Source: a virus
Direction: 5' to 3' (one strand)
DNA: 64,000 nucleotides
Virus record (IMG/VR): IMGVR_UViG_3300031452_000002
Below the pieces are notes generated by a model. The model made no database searches. It saw only the letters and a list, made by a program, of their open reading frames with translations, and was not told where the DNA came from. Below, in pieces: positions 43,728 to 52,958 of the stretch (the first letter of the stretch is position 1; the number at the start of each line of letters is the position of its first letter). The translations under genes and the position numbers were made by a program.

Positions 43728-44609
43728 ATGAGCCTTGGACATGATGCACTGTACGCGACACTGATAGGTCACACCGACGACGGAGGCGCCGACGACCCGT
43801 TTGACGCCGCGTCGCCAGCCACGACCACCGACCGCTGGGAGCGCGTGATCGCCGCCCATCGCGCCGAGACCAAGGAAGCAGAGGATCGCGCCGAGACCAA
43901 GGAAGCAGAGGATCGCGCCGAGACCAAGGAAGCAGAGGATCGCGCCGAGACCAAGGAAGCAGAGGATCGCGCCGACGAGGAGCACAAGGCGTCGGCTTTC
44001 CCCGGCACCTATGTCGTCCGCGACAAATACGAGTCGGGCGTTATCCTCCTCGGCGACAAAAAGGGCGCGGTGTCCTTCCCGCGTCCGAACGCCCCGCTTC
44101 TGATCGGCCCGCTGGGGACGCCGGCCCTCTCCGGCCAGGTGCTGACCTACCTTGAAGGCCCGCCGGAGGACGACGACCCCGACAAAGCCCTTTCTGTTAA
44201 GCGTCTGCTGAAGGCCATGGACCGCCTCCGCGACGACGATCCCCAGGCGTTCCTGGTCGTCGCCGCCCGTTTTGGGTTGATCGACCGTGAGGGCAACGAG
44301 GGTAAGGGGACGTGGGGCGATACGCTGTCGTGGGCGGAGATCGCTGACCGTTTCGCTGTTCCACCGTCCACGGCGCGCGACGCTGTGGCGCGGTTCGTGG
44401 AGCGCATGGCGGACGTGGCGCCGCTGGCCCGTGCCGCCGAGTTGGAGCACGGCGCCGCCGCCAGCGGCGCTATCGACCCCGCCGACCTTCCGCCCGCGCC
44501 GTGGCGCGCGCCTGAGGACGCGCCGTTTACCATGCCGTCGCCACTAGACGTGTATCGCCATAAGATGCGCACGAAGGCAAAGCGCGACGCCTACGAACGC
44601 GGCGCCTAA
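43728..44609 (+). CDS. Putative late-gene regulator with sigma70 region 4-like HTH
   Basis: LSWAEIADRFAVPPSTARDAV; last gene before the packaging operon. Confidence 0.55.
   Translation: MSLGHDALYATLIGHTDDGGADDPFDAASPATTTDRWERVIAAHRAETKEAEDRAETKEAEDRAETKEAEDRAETKEAEDRADEEHKASAFPGTYVVRDKYESGVILLGDKKGAVSFPRPNAPLLIGPLGTPALSGQVLTYLEGPPEDDDPDKALSVKRLLKAMDRLRDDDPQAFLVVAARFGLIDREGNEGKGTWGDTLSWAEIADRFAVPPSTARDAVARFVERMADVAPLARAAELEHGAAASGAIDPADLPPAPWRAPEDAPFTMPSPLDVYRHKMRTKAKRDAYERGA
43858..43975. repeat. 27-bp exact tandem repeat, about 4.4 copies, in frame (RAETKEAED)
   Basis: ATCGCGCCGAGACCAAGGAAGCAGAGG x4 plus partial. Confidence 0.9.
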
Positions 44610-44723
44610 CGGGCAGCGCAACGCCCCCTGCCATGCGCCGCTAAATGTTATGTAAACATTGCGCCTGGCCTACCCGTTGGATAGACTGAAAGTATAGTAG
44701 TGCGTCTTGCTAGCACTGGCGCC

Positions 44724-44764
44724 AACAGCCCACTCGTGACATAAAACGTCGCGGGTGGGCTGTT
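44724..44764 (+). promoter_or_regulatory. 17-bp leader stem-loop upstream of the late operon
   Basis: AACAGCCCACTCGTGAC-7-GTCGCGGGTGGGCTGTT with two G-U pairs. Confidence 0.5.
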
Positions 44765-44811
44765 TCGCTATGCGCGCATGCATCTGTCGTCCCCGGAAGG
44801 GAGAGCTAGCG

Positions 44812-45156
44812 ATGGCGACTGAACCGGAAGCGATGTTGGCCTTGTCTGTTATCGAGATGGTTGTCATTGACCTGGTGCGCGACTGTCGCTGCGGGGTGTG
44901 CGACCGTTTTGGGCGCCCGCTGCGCTGCCATTATCATGAGGCCGTCGCGGACCTGCGGAGCGACGACGCGCTAGACGCGTGGTGCGCGGTGCTCGGCTAC
45001 GACGCGCCGATGTGCGACGCCTTGCGCGAACAACTCAGGGTCGCTGCCCACAGCAGGCCGGTGGCCGCGCGCATGGCGTCGGCGCTCTCCACCTACGCGT
45101 CATCTCTCGCGCATCAGTCCGCGCACGACGGACGCCCGCTGTGCGAGGTGGCCTGA
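44812..45156 (+). CDS. Hypothetical protein
   Basis: SD GGGAG; CRCGVC motif. Confidence 0.5.
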   Translation: MATEPEAMLALSVIEMVVIDLVRDCRCGVCDRFGRPLRCHYHEAVADLRSDDALDAWCAVLGYDAPMCDALREQLRVAAHSRPVAARMASALSTYASSLAHQSAHDGRPLCEVA

Positions 45157-45159
45157 CCC

Positions 45160-45450
45160 ATGCCGCGCCGCTCCACCACCTATTATCACTCCAATCCGCC
45201 CCGCGTGATGGCCGACGACCCCTTGGAGGGCCTGACGGGGGCCGTACGCGTCCGTGGCTCTCAGACGTTGTACGGCCTAGACGCTGCCCGACGTTCCCGC
45301 GACACCGTGGAACGCCTGAGACGTGCTGAGAACGCTTCTCTGCTGGCTGGCTGCGACACGACACTGGAGCGTATGCGCATCGTCGCGCCCATCTCGGGCG
45401 ACAGGGCGCGCCTGAAAGCCGTAGAGGTGGTGGGCGATGCCTGTTCTTGA
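45160..45450 (+). CDS. Hypothetical protein
   Basis: SD GAGG. Confidence 0.45.
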   Translation: MPRRSTTYYHSNPPRVMADDPLEGLTGAVRVRGSQTLYGLDAARRSRDTVERLRRAENASLLAGCDTTLERMRIVAPISGDRARLKAVEVVGDACS

Positions 45451-45658
45451 CACAGGGCGTCTGACGATGGATGGCCCGCGTGTCGCGTCGGGCGATGACC
45501 CGATCCCACTGTCGCCGGACGAACGCCGCAGCATCGCGGGGCGCCTACGCGATTGGAACGACCTCGTACGGTTCTGCCGTGCCACCGGCGTCATCACGGC
45601 GCGTGACGAACGCCTACCGCGCGACACACGCGCGACGCGAGAGGCGACGCCGGCATGA
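45437..45658 (+). CDS. Hypothetical protein
   Basis: Overlapping, coupled. Confidence 0.45.
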   Translation: MPVLDTGRLTMDGPRVASGDDPIPLSPDERRSIAGRLRDWNDLVRFCRATGVITARDERLPRDTRATREATPA

Positions 45659-46197
45659 GCGATTATAGCGGTGGCGGTTATGGCGGGAACGACGCCCGCA
45701 TCCAGAACATTGAGAGCCAAATAGCCACATTGTTTAGGTGGGCAGGAACGGTAACGCGGGCGCACAATGCGCTCGCCAAGCAAGTAGGAGACATCATGAG
45801 CGATACGCAGACGACGCATGACGAGATCGCGGAACTGACGACGGATGTGGCGCAGAACCAGGCTGATGAGCAGGCCATGTCTGCCCGCATCGACGCGTTG
45901 GTAGCGGCGGGTAAGCCGCTGTCAGCCGAAGACGCAACAGCACTGAAGGCCGCGCTTGGGGCGCTAGAGCAGGAGCATACGGCCTATACCGCCGCGTCTA
46001 CGCCCGCGACAGCAACACCGGCCGCAGGTGGGACAAGCACGACGCCCGCGTCTACGCCCACGAGTGGTAGTGCTGGTAGCGCGACGCCGGCGCCCACGGA
46101 TGGTGGCACGCCCACGTTGCCTGCGTCGCCTGCTCCCGCCCCGACCGATGGCAGTGGCAGCGGTACACCCGCTCCTGCTCCCGCGCCTGGTAGCTAG
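45655..46197 (+). CDS. Coiled-coil protein with Pro/Thr/Ala-rich tail
   Basis: Heptad N half, low-complexity C half. Confidence 0.6.
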   Translation: MSDYSGGGYGGNDARIQNIESQIATLFRWAGTVTRAHNALAKQVGDIMSDTQTTHDEIAELTTDVAQNQADEQAMSARIDALVAAGKPLSAEDATALKAALGALEQEHTAYTAASTPATATPAAGGTSTTPASTPTSGSAGSATPAPTDGGTPTLPASPAPAPTDGSGSGTPAPAPAPGS

Positions 46198-46430
46198 CCC
46201 TTTCCCTCAGAAATCCCACCCCGTACGTCGCCGGGTTCCTCCACCCCAGCTAGCGTTCCATCTTTGACCCATGGGGCGCGTTGATACGGCGGGGGCAATC
46301 CTTCTTTTTTGGAGATGAGCCGCCGGTCGCCCCGTGGCGTTGTGGTGAGGGGAACCTTTCGGGCGCTCCCCTCGGGCGGCTGTTGGCTACGTTGTCGCGT
46401 GAACACTATGGGCGTGAACAGGGTTAAGCG

Positions 46431-47012
46431 ATGTCCAAGCAACAAAAGAAGCCCTCCGATGAGGACGTGCAACGCGATGCCCACATGGATGCTGTGTGGG
46501 AGATGAAGCGTGATGCGTGGACGTACCGTGATATCGCCGCGCAACTGTCCCTCAGTGTTGGAGTGGTTCACAAGTACTATCATGCACGTCTTGCGGAAGC
46601 GCAGGACAAACGCACGCAAGAGCACGCTGCCGACATCGCTTTAGAGAATGAGCGCTATGACGCATGGACGCGCTCCCTGTCCTCGCGTACGAAGTTCAGT
46701 GATCCACAGGCCATCGTCGTTGCGCTCGCCATCTCTAAAGAGCGTCGGAAGCTCAATGGGTGGGACGCGCCGACGCGCGTGGCCCATGAGGGCAAGGACG
46801 GTGGCGCTATCGCGCACACGGTCATCCAGCGCGAGGAGACGCCCGAGGAGGCGTTCGCGCGCTTGACGGACCCCGTAGCGAGGGAAGCGTACATTGAACG
46901 CATCAGCGCCGTCCATAGCGCCCAGCAGCACCTTATCGAGCTACAGCGCCAACTCGGACTTCCTCACCAATCAACTGCTGCTCAAGTGGACGCTGGCGCA
47001 CCGCCTGATTGA
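46431..47012 (+). CDS. Terminase small subunit (HTH type)
   Basis: WTYRDIAAQLSLSVGVVHKY, ERRKLNGWDAP; precedes TerL. Confidence 0.7.
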   Translation: MSKQQKKPSDEDVQRDAHMDAVWEMKRDAWTYRDIAAQLSLSVGVVHKYYHARLAEAQDKRTQEHAADIALENERYDAWTRSLSSRTKFSDPQAIVVALAISKERRKLNGWDAPTRVAHEGKDGGAIAHTVIQREETPEEAFARLTDPVAREAYIERISAVHSAQQHLIELQRQLGLPHQSTAAQVDAGAPPD

Positions 47013-48552
47013 TGGTCGCGCCTTCGATGTGACCTACGCGCTCCAGGGCATCTACGCCGACCGCCATCCGCGCCTTGTTATTCGTAAGGCGGCACAGGTC
47101 TTCGTGTCCGAGTTCCTAGTCAACACGGCGTGCTGGTGTCCCTATACTAAACAAGGTGGCCGCGGCAACGCACTGTTCGTGTTCCCCAAAGACCGGCAGG
47201 CGCAGGACTTCAGTGTCGCGCGTATCGACAAGGCTATCAAGGGGTCGCCCGACATCATCGCGCGCACCGAAGCGCCCATGAACGTCGGGTTGAAGCGTAT
47301 CGGCGACGGTTTCATTTATGTACGCGGCGCGCAGACGCGTGAATCGCTTATCTCGGTAGACGCCGACATCGTGCTGTGCGATGAAATCGCGCAGTATCCC
47401 CCTGGTACTATTGACGTACTTGAGAAGCGCCTAGGATCATCCCTTCTGGGGTGGGTGCGTGCTGGTTCGACGCCGCGCTATCCCGCCGATGAGGCAGGCG
47501 CACGCTGGGACCAGTCCACGCAATCTGTCTATGAGGTGCGCTGTTCCCACTGCGGCGCGTGGCAAGCCATGGAGTTGCTGACGCATCTCAATGCGGAGAC
47601 AGCGCGGGTCGCGTGTCAGCATTGTCGCGGCGACATGACCGCCGACCGCCTCTCGGAGGGTCGGTGGGTCGCGGGCAAGTCCGACGCGCCGTGGCACGGC
47701 TACCAACTCACCAAACTGCTGTCCCCGCGCGTTGACCTGCGTTCGTTGGCCGACACGATGGGGCGCGTGCTGGATGGGCGCGCCACGGCAACCCAGGAAC
47801 AAGAGTTTTACAACTCGGATTGCGGCCTGCCGCACCTGCCCGAGGGCGGGTATGTGTCGGCGTCCATGTTGGACGCCTGCCGCGACATGTCCTTGACGAC
47901 GATGGACACCGCACAGGGCGCCGTGATGGGCGTGGACGTGGGTAAGCGTCTGCACGTCACCATCGGGCTACCGCTGGAGGGCGCTGGTATCCAGCTGATT
48001 GACGCCGATAGCGTGCGTGCCTTCGAGGAGTTGGACACGCTGATGCATCGCTACGGCGTGCGTTGCTGCGTCATCGACGCTAACCCTGAGACACGTCTGG
48101 CGCAGGAGTTCGCGGCGCGCTGGAATGGGCGTGTGTGGCCGGCGTTTTACCCCAACTTCGCCGAGGGGAGCCGCCCTGATCTGCTGGCGATAGACGAGGT
48201 GGCGGGCGTCGTGCGCATCGTCCGCACGGCCATTCTGGACCTGGAACAGGCCATGGTGGCGCGGCGTCTGCTCGTTTTACCGCGTAATGCCCGTGAATTA
48301 GGCGGCGGCGTTAATCAGGCGGGCGTGGGTGAGTTCTACCAACACATGAGCAGTGCGGTGCGTGTGGTCGAGGATGACACCAAAGGTAACCCCATTGTCC
48401 ATTTTCAGCAGAATGGGCCAGATCACTATTGCCACTCCGTCGCCTATATGCTGGCGGCTATGGTCATCGCCCAACAGCGCGCGGCATCGTACGAAGAAGT
48501 CGAATATCTCGAAGACTACATGCCGAGCGTCCGCGTGCGGATCAGCGGCTGA
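46894..48552 (+). CDS. terL: Terminase large subunit, lambda gpA-like (start uncertain)
   Basis: IRKAAQVFVSE, CDEIAQY, GSTP, CSHCG, MGVDVG, IDANPE, DHYCHS. Confidence 0.85.
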   Translation: MNASAPSIAPSSTLSSYSANSDFLTNQLLLKWTLAHRLIDGRAFDVTYALQGIYADRHPRLVIRKAAQVFVSEFLVNTACWCPYTKQGGRGNALFVFPKDRQAQDFSVARIDKAIKGSPDIIARTEAPMNVGLKRIGDGFIYVRGAQTRESLISVDADIVLCDEIAQYPPGTIDVLEKRLGSSLLGWVRAGSTPRYPADEAGARWDQSTQSVYEVRCSHCGAWQAMELLTHLNAETARVACQHCRGDMTADRLSEGRWVAGKSDAPWHGYQLTKLLSPRVDLRSLADTMGRVLDGRATATQEQEFYNSDCGLPHLPEGGYVSASMLDACRDMSLTTMDTAQGAVMGVDVGKRLHVTIGLPLEGAGIQLIDADSVRAFEELDTLMHRYGVRCCVIDANPETRLAQEFAARWNGRVWPAFYPNFAEGSRPDLLAIDEVAGVVRIVRTAILDLEQAMVARRLLVLPRNARELGGGVNQAGVGEFYQHMSSAVRVVEDDTKGNPIVHFQQNGPDHYCHSVAYMLAAMVIAQQRAASYEEVEYLEDYMPSVRVRISG

Positions 48553-48575
48553 TCGCATAGCAGGGCAGGACAACC

Positions 48576-48872
48576 GTGGCAACGTCCGACACACCCGCGC
48601 TCCCACCGGAGCCATCCCCCAAGCGGCGCCGCACGACACGCGCCCGTGTCTCTTTGTACGTGTACATCATTATTGATGATGAGGCTGAGACGACGTTTCG
48701 TGGCGCGCTGGTGGACAACGACTACGACGTGTCGTTCCTGCGGCTAGAGGGCGCGGAGATCGCCGTGCGCGACGCCAAGACGAATATGCAAGACTGGATC
48801 GTGCCGGACGGCCCGGTGGTCATCTACGCCGATCGCGTGAAGTACATGATCGAGGCGCCGCCACCGCGCTAA
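48576..48872 (+). CDS. Hypothetical protein
   Basis: Between TerL and portal. Confidence 0.5.
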   Translation: MATSDTPALPPEPSPKRRRTTRARVSLYVYIIIDDEAETTFRGALVDNDYDVSFLRLEGAEIAVRDAKTNMQDWIVPDGPVVIYADRVKYMIEAPPPR

Positions 48873-48916
48873 AAACCAAGGCATCCGTCTAGCGCGGACG
48901 GGGATGAGGATAGGCT

Positions 48917-50659
48917 ATGGCGATCATCCCCTCTGCCGGCAAAGCCCAATACGTTACCTCGTTCCGCGAATCGTTCATCTCGACGGACATTTACGCAGAT
49001 CCTCTCCGCATCGTTGAGGACGCGGGTTGGTCAAATCTCACGACCGACGCGATGGCCGTGCAGACGGCGCGCGACATGAACCCGCAAGATCGCCGCAACG
49101 TCATCGGCCGCGCCCGCCAGTACTGGCGCATGTACCCGCTGGCGAAGCAGGCCATCCGTCTGTTCACGACCTACGTGCTGGGGCAGGGCGTCAGTTATCA
49201 CGCCGACGACTCCAACGTGCAAAAGGTGCTCGACGACTTCTGGAACGACCCCGACAATCGCCTCTCCCTGACCACCGCTCCCGCGCAGAAAACGCTGTTG
49301 ACGCGCCTCCGTGTGGATGGCGAAATTATAATTTTCCTGTTCGTAGACAAAGAGACCGGGCGTGTCAAGGTCCGTGTGGGTGAGCCGCTGGAAATAGACG
49401 ACATCATCCCCGACCCGGAGGACGAGGCGCGGCCCCTCTATTACAAGCGGCGCTGGACCAAGCGCACCTACGACTACGGCAGCGAGGGCACATGGAAAGC
49501 CGGTGAGAGTGCGACCGCCTACTACGCCGCCATCGACAACGCCGCGCTGCCGCACAAACCGCCCCAACTGAACAAAGACGCCGTAATTCTCCATGTAAAG
49601 ATCAACGCGCTCGGTCAGCGCGGCATTTCCGACCTCTACGCCGCCCTCGATTATCTCTCGGTCCATCGGACCTACATCGAGGACATCGCCACCTTCATGC
49701 ATAGCAAGGCGTCAGTGGCGTGGGTCAAGAAAACGAAGGGCGGCGCCAATCAGGTCAACGCGTCGGCGGCCCTGGACCGCTCCAGCGCGTCTGGCCCTCT
49801 TGGTGCGTTGGGCGCGCGTTCCTACGAGAGCAACCCGCCTCCCGCCACGGCCTCGACCAAGGTGCTGAACCCGGCCGTCGACCTGCAAGGGTTGACGATG
49901 GATTCGGGCGTGGCCGGCACCGAGGCGGGTGGGCGTATGCTCATGACGCAGGTTGGGGCCGCAACGGGCATCATGTTGCACTATTTCGGGGATGGCGGCG
50001 ACGCCAACCTGGCGACGGCCACGGCGATGGACCTGCCGATGCTCAAGCTGTTCGAGGACGGGCAGGAAGAGTTCAAGGACATGCTCCTCGCCATCTTCAT
50101 GTACGTCGTCCTGCAAGCCGTCAAGGCCGGGACGTTGGACGGGACCATTGAGGATCGCGACGGGCGCGAGGTGGTCGACCTTGCCTCGGATGAAGATGGG
50201 GTGTACGTCGATTTTCCCTTAATTGTTCAGAGGGATACGCTAGCGATGACGCAGGCTACTACATCCATGAAGCAAGCCGGCGGCATTTCTTCGGAGTTGT
50301 ATGCGCGCCAGTGCGCCACGCTGCTAGCCGTGGACGACGTGGACCAGGCCGTCGAGGATGCCATGGCCGAGAAGCAGCAGGCCAAAGACGAGGCTGCTGC
50401 TATCGCTCAACAAGGGCAGCAGCCACTCTCAGTCGGCGGTACTGGCTCATCCAAGGGTTCCGGCGCCACGACAAACGCCGATAAACCTGATAAACCTGAT
50501 AAGACATCGGGCGATGGCGATAACAAGCCGCTCCCGACGGCGCCCGCGTCGACGACAAAGCCCACAAGCCCGACGACCCCGCCGCTTGCCCCTCCAGCCC
50601 CCGCGCGCGGGAAGGGCCGTCAGCGGGCCGCTCAGGTCGCCAAGGGCGGCATCCGGTAG
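48917..50659 (+). CDS. Portal protein
   Basis: Follows TerL; RQYWRMYPLAKQAI, VDGE, RGISDL; 580 aa. Confidence 0.8.
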   Translation: MAIIPSAGKAQYVTSFRESFISTDIYADPLRIVEDAGWSNLTTDAMAVQTARDMNPQDRRNVIGRARQYWRMYPLAKQAIRLFTTYVLGQGVSYHADDSNVQKVLDDFWNDPDNRLSLTTAPAQKTLLTRLRVDGEIIIFLFVDKETGRVKVRVGEPLEIDDIIPDPEDEARPLYYKRRWTKRTYDYGSEGTWKAGESATAYYAAIDNAALPHKPPQLNKDAVILHVKINALGQRGISDLYAALDYLSVHRTYIEDIATFMHSKASVAWVKKTKGGANQVNASAALDRSSASGPLGALGARSYESNPPPATASTKVLNPAVDLQGLTMDSGVAGTEAGGRMLMTQVGAATGIMLHYFGDGGDANLATATAMDLPMLKLFEDGQEEFKDMLLAIFMYVVLQAVKAGTLDGTIEDRDGREVVDLASDEDGVYVDFPLIVQRDTLAMTQATTSMKQAGGISSELYARQCATLLAVDDVDQAVEDAMAEKQQAKDEAAAIAQQGQQPLSVGGTGSSKGSGATTNADKPDKPDKTSGDGDNKPLPTAPASTTKPTSPTTPPLAPPAPARGKGRQRAAQVAKGGIR

Positions 50660-50690
50660 TCAAGACGGCATAGCGAACAGGCGATAGACC

Positions 50691-50948
50691 ATGGATACGG
50701 ATGCGTGCGTGTTGTGCGGGACATCCATCCCTGCGGATGACACGCGATTGACGTTGATTTTCGCGCTGGAAACGAACAGCGACCCGTTCGGTGACCCGTA
50801 TCTCGTAGCGTGTGAAAGACACGGACAGGGCGCCCTCGCTTCTGTCGGGGATGCATTGCCGCGCGACGATGGGGGCTGGGTCATCATTCCCGGCTATGAG
50901 CGGCAGGACAAGGCCTATGTGCCCAAGGGTCAGGGCGGGATGTCATGA
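50691..50948 (+). CDS. Hypothetical protein
   Basis: CVLC...CERH. Confidence 0.45.
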   Translation: MDTDACVLCGTSIPADDTRLTLIFALETNSDPFGDPYLVACERHGQGALASVGDALPRDDGGWVIIPGYERQDKAYVPKGQGGMS

Positions 50949-51322
50949 GCGCACGCACAGATGAAGAGGAAAAGCGGCATCTCACGCAGTGGCACAACCA
51001 GATGCGAGTCGGTGGCTATCAGGGTGTCACGCCCTTGGGCGACCCGCCGCAAGGTGAACCGTTGTTCGCGTCAGGCTTGGTGCCTCCGCCACCTACCTCA
51101 GATGGTAGCCGCTGGTATGCGGGCGCGGATGTTGACCTGAACCGCGATTATCCCGAGCGCTATATCCTGCTTGCCGACGACTATACGATACGGGGCTACG
51201 TGGCGCGCACTCCCGACCGTGGGCAATGGAAAGCTGTGCGCTTCGATGGCGATGGACGCCACTTTGCGGGCATTTACGGCAACCTAAGCGAGGCGCAACT
51301 GGCCGTCAGTGAAAGCATCTAG
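50945..51322 (+). CDS. Hypothetical protein
   Basis: ATGA coupling. Confidence 0.5.
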   Translation: MSARTDEEEKRHLTQWHNQMRVGGYQGVTPLGDPPQGEPLFASGLVPPPPTSDGSRWYAGADVDLNRDYPERYILLADDYTIRGYVARTPDRGQWKAVRFDGDGRHFAGIYGNLSEAQLAVSESI

Positions 51323-51354
51323 CGGCACGATTTGTCTATGGGAGAAGCATCACC

Positions 51355-51825
51355 ATGTCGGAGACCAGCGAACTACAACCGGGCGGCTACGTGCATAAGG
51401 CCGTCGTCACGCCCACTGGCATCTATCCCGGCATGGCGCTCATTGACCCTATATCGGGCAACCCCTATGCCGTTGGATCGAGTGGGGGCGCGATCCTGAA
51501 TCAGGCCAGCGCCGCGCAAACCGCCAATGGCGTGAGTGGGAACCTGTCCGTCATCGGTTATCGTGAATTGCTGGTGGCTGCGAACGTGACCGCCGTGGCT
51601 GGCACGACGCCCACGCTGACACTTGCTCTTGACAGTTTGGGTGCGGATGGCGTGTGGTATACCCTCTGGACATCAACCGCTGTGACCGCCGTGGGGCAGA
51701 CGGTGGCGCATCTCGGCGTCGGTGCGGCCACGAACGTCGCGTTTGGCGCGACGGTGCGCCTACGCTGGACGATTGGCGGCGCGACGCCCTCGTTTACGTT
51801 CAGTGTGTCTATGATCGGGAAATAG
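51355..51825 (+). CDS. Probable virion structural protein
   Basis: Beta-rich Ala/Thr/Gly/Val composition, RLRWTIGGATPSFTFSV. Confidence 0.55.
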   Translation: MSETSELQPGGYVHKAVVTPTGIYPGMALIDPISGNPYAVGSSGGAILNQASAAQTANGVSGNLSVIGYRELLVAANVTAVAGTTPTLTLALDSLGADGVWYTLWTSTAVTAVGQTVAHLGVGAATNVAFGATVRLRWTIGGATPSFTFSVSMIGK

Positions 51826-51844
51826 CCTGTTGCTTCTACGCCGT

Positions 51845-52285
51845 CTACGGGATGCGTGGACGCCTTTCGCTTTCGTAGCGCGCCAGCGCGTCTTGAACCG
51901 TTGCCTGCGCGTCAGGTCCTATATTGTGTATCGCTTTCAGTGCGGCGGCGTCCATGGTACGCACTTCCTCAACGGTGTCGATGCCCGCGCGAAAGAGTGT
52001 ATTACGCACATGCGATGGCAAGCAGAGCGCATCGAGGGGTTCTGGCACAAGGCTTCCGCGCGGCCAGTCGGCTTTTGCGTACCGCTCTATGGCCCAATCA
52101 ATTTTACGGTGAGCACCCACTAAAGCTGCTGCTGCTGCGGCGAGTGCCGCCTGCGCCGCGCGCATCTGTTCCTGCGCCGCGCCCATGTGTTGCATGGCTG
52201 CGGTCATGCACTTGTCGGCGCCAACGCGATAGGCGCAGTTAGCTTCTCGTCTGTCTTGTGCGGCGATGGCTTTCTGGTTTGGCAC
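51845..52285 (-). CDS. Protein with RNA polymerase alpha-CTD-like domain
   Basis: LDALCLPSHVRNTLFRAGIDTVEEV...LKAIHNIGPDA. Confidence 0.75.
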   Translation of the reverse strand: MPNQKAIAAQDRREANCAYRVGADKCMTAAMQHMGAAQEQMRAAQAALAAAAAALVGAHRKIDWAIERYAKADWPRGSLVPEPLDALCLPSHVRNTLFRAGIDTVEEVRTMDAAALKAIHNIGPDAQATVQDALARYESERRPRIP

Positions 52286-52352
52286 GGTGTGCACCCTCCT
52301 TCAACTCAGTATCGCAGAGGAGAATATCCATCATTTTCACGCCCATTAAGAG

Positions 52353-52652
52353 CTAAGGCGTATCTATCTCTCCGTCACTATCATCGGTCACGATATAGTC
52401 ACGGGGAAAGCCAAGAAACAGTTTAGTTGTGATTGATAGGGCATATGGGTTATCGGGATGGGCGGTAATATCTTCTTCGATATGTTTTCCCATCTTCCTC
52501 AAGACACTATCTAGGGCATCCCGCATCTCCTGTTCACGAGATGCTCGTTCCTCGTCGGATACGGGCGGCTCATCGGGCACGGATACGCCGCGCGCTTTCG
52601 CTATCTCACGCCACGATAGCCCCGTGATTGACCCGTTTGGTTGTATTGTCAT
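52353..52652 (-). CDS. Hypothetical protein
   Basis: SD GAAGGAGG. Confidence 0.55.
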   Translation of the reverse strand: MTIQPNGSITGLSWREIAKARGVSVPDEPPVSDEERASREQEMRDALDSVLRKMGKHIEEDITAHPDNPYALSITTKLFLGFPRDYIVTDDSDGEIDTP

Positions 52653-52706
52653 CGGACTATCCTCCTTCCTCTGAGTATCGCACTGTCCAGCGTGAGGCGT
52701 GCCGCC

Positions 52707-52907
52707 ATGTCCGCACCCGCCCCCGTCACGGCCTACACCCTCACGCTGCTGGCGCGTCGCCATGACCACTCCCTGCACGGCGACTGCAACGGCCGCTACG
52801 AGTGCGGCGTGTGTCATTGGGCCGTGCGCCATTCGGTAGAAGTGCGGCAGGGCAAGCACGCTAGGCTTGAATCTGCACAATTAGCACTGCTGTTTGACGA
52901 TGAGTAA
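52707..52907 (+). CDS. Hypothetical protein
   Basis: CGVC motif; short ORF. Confidence 0.4.
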   Translation: MSAPAPVTAYTLTLLARRHDHSLHGDCNGRYECGVCHWAVRHSVEVRQGKHARLESAQLALLFDDE

Positions 52908-52958
52908 ATCAGGTATGGGGTGTTGATACAGGCGTGCGTAATGCATCCTGTTCGCTTC

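Noticed and set aside
43858-43975. Possible CRISPR array
   Set aside because: Head-to-tail 27-bp units with no spacers, in frame within a CDS.
46198-46430. tRNA or cos/pac site upstream of terS
   Set aside because: No cloverleaf or T-loop consensus; a packaging site is plausible by position but no sequence feature supports specific coordinates.
51845-52294. Host rpoA
   Set aside because: Too short, lacks the alpha N-terminal domain and ribosomal operon context.
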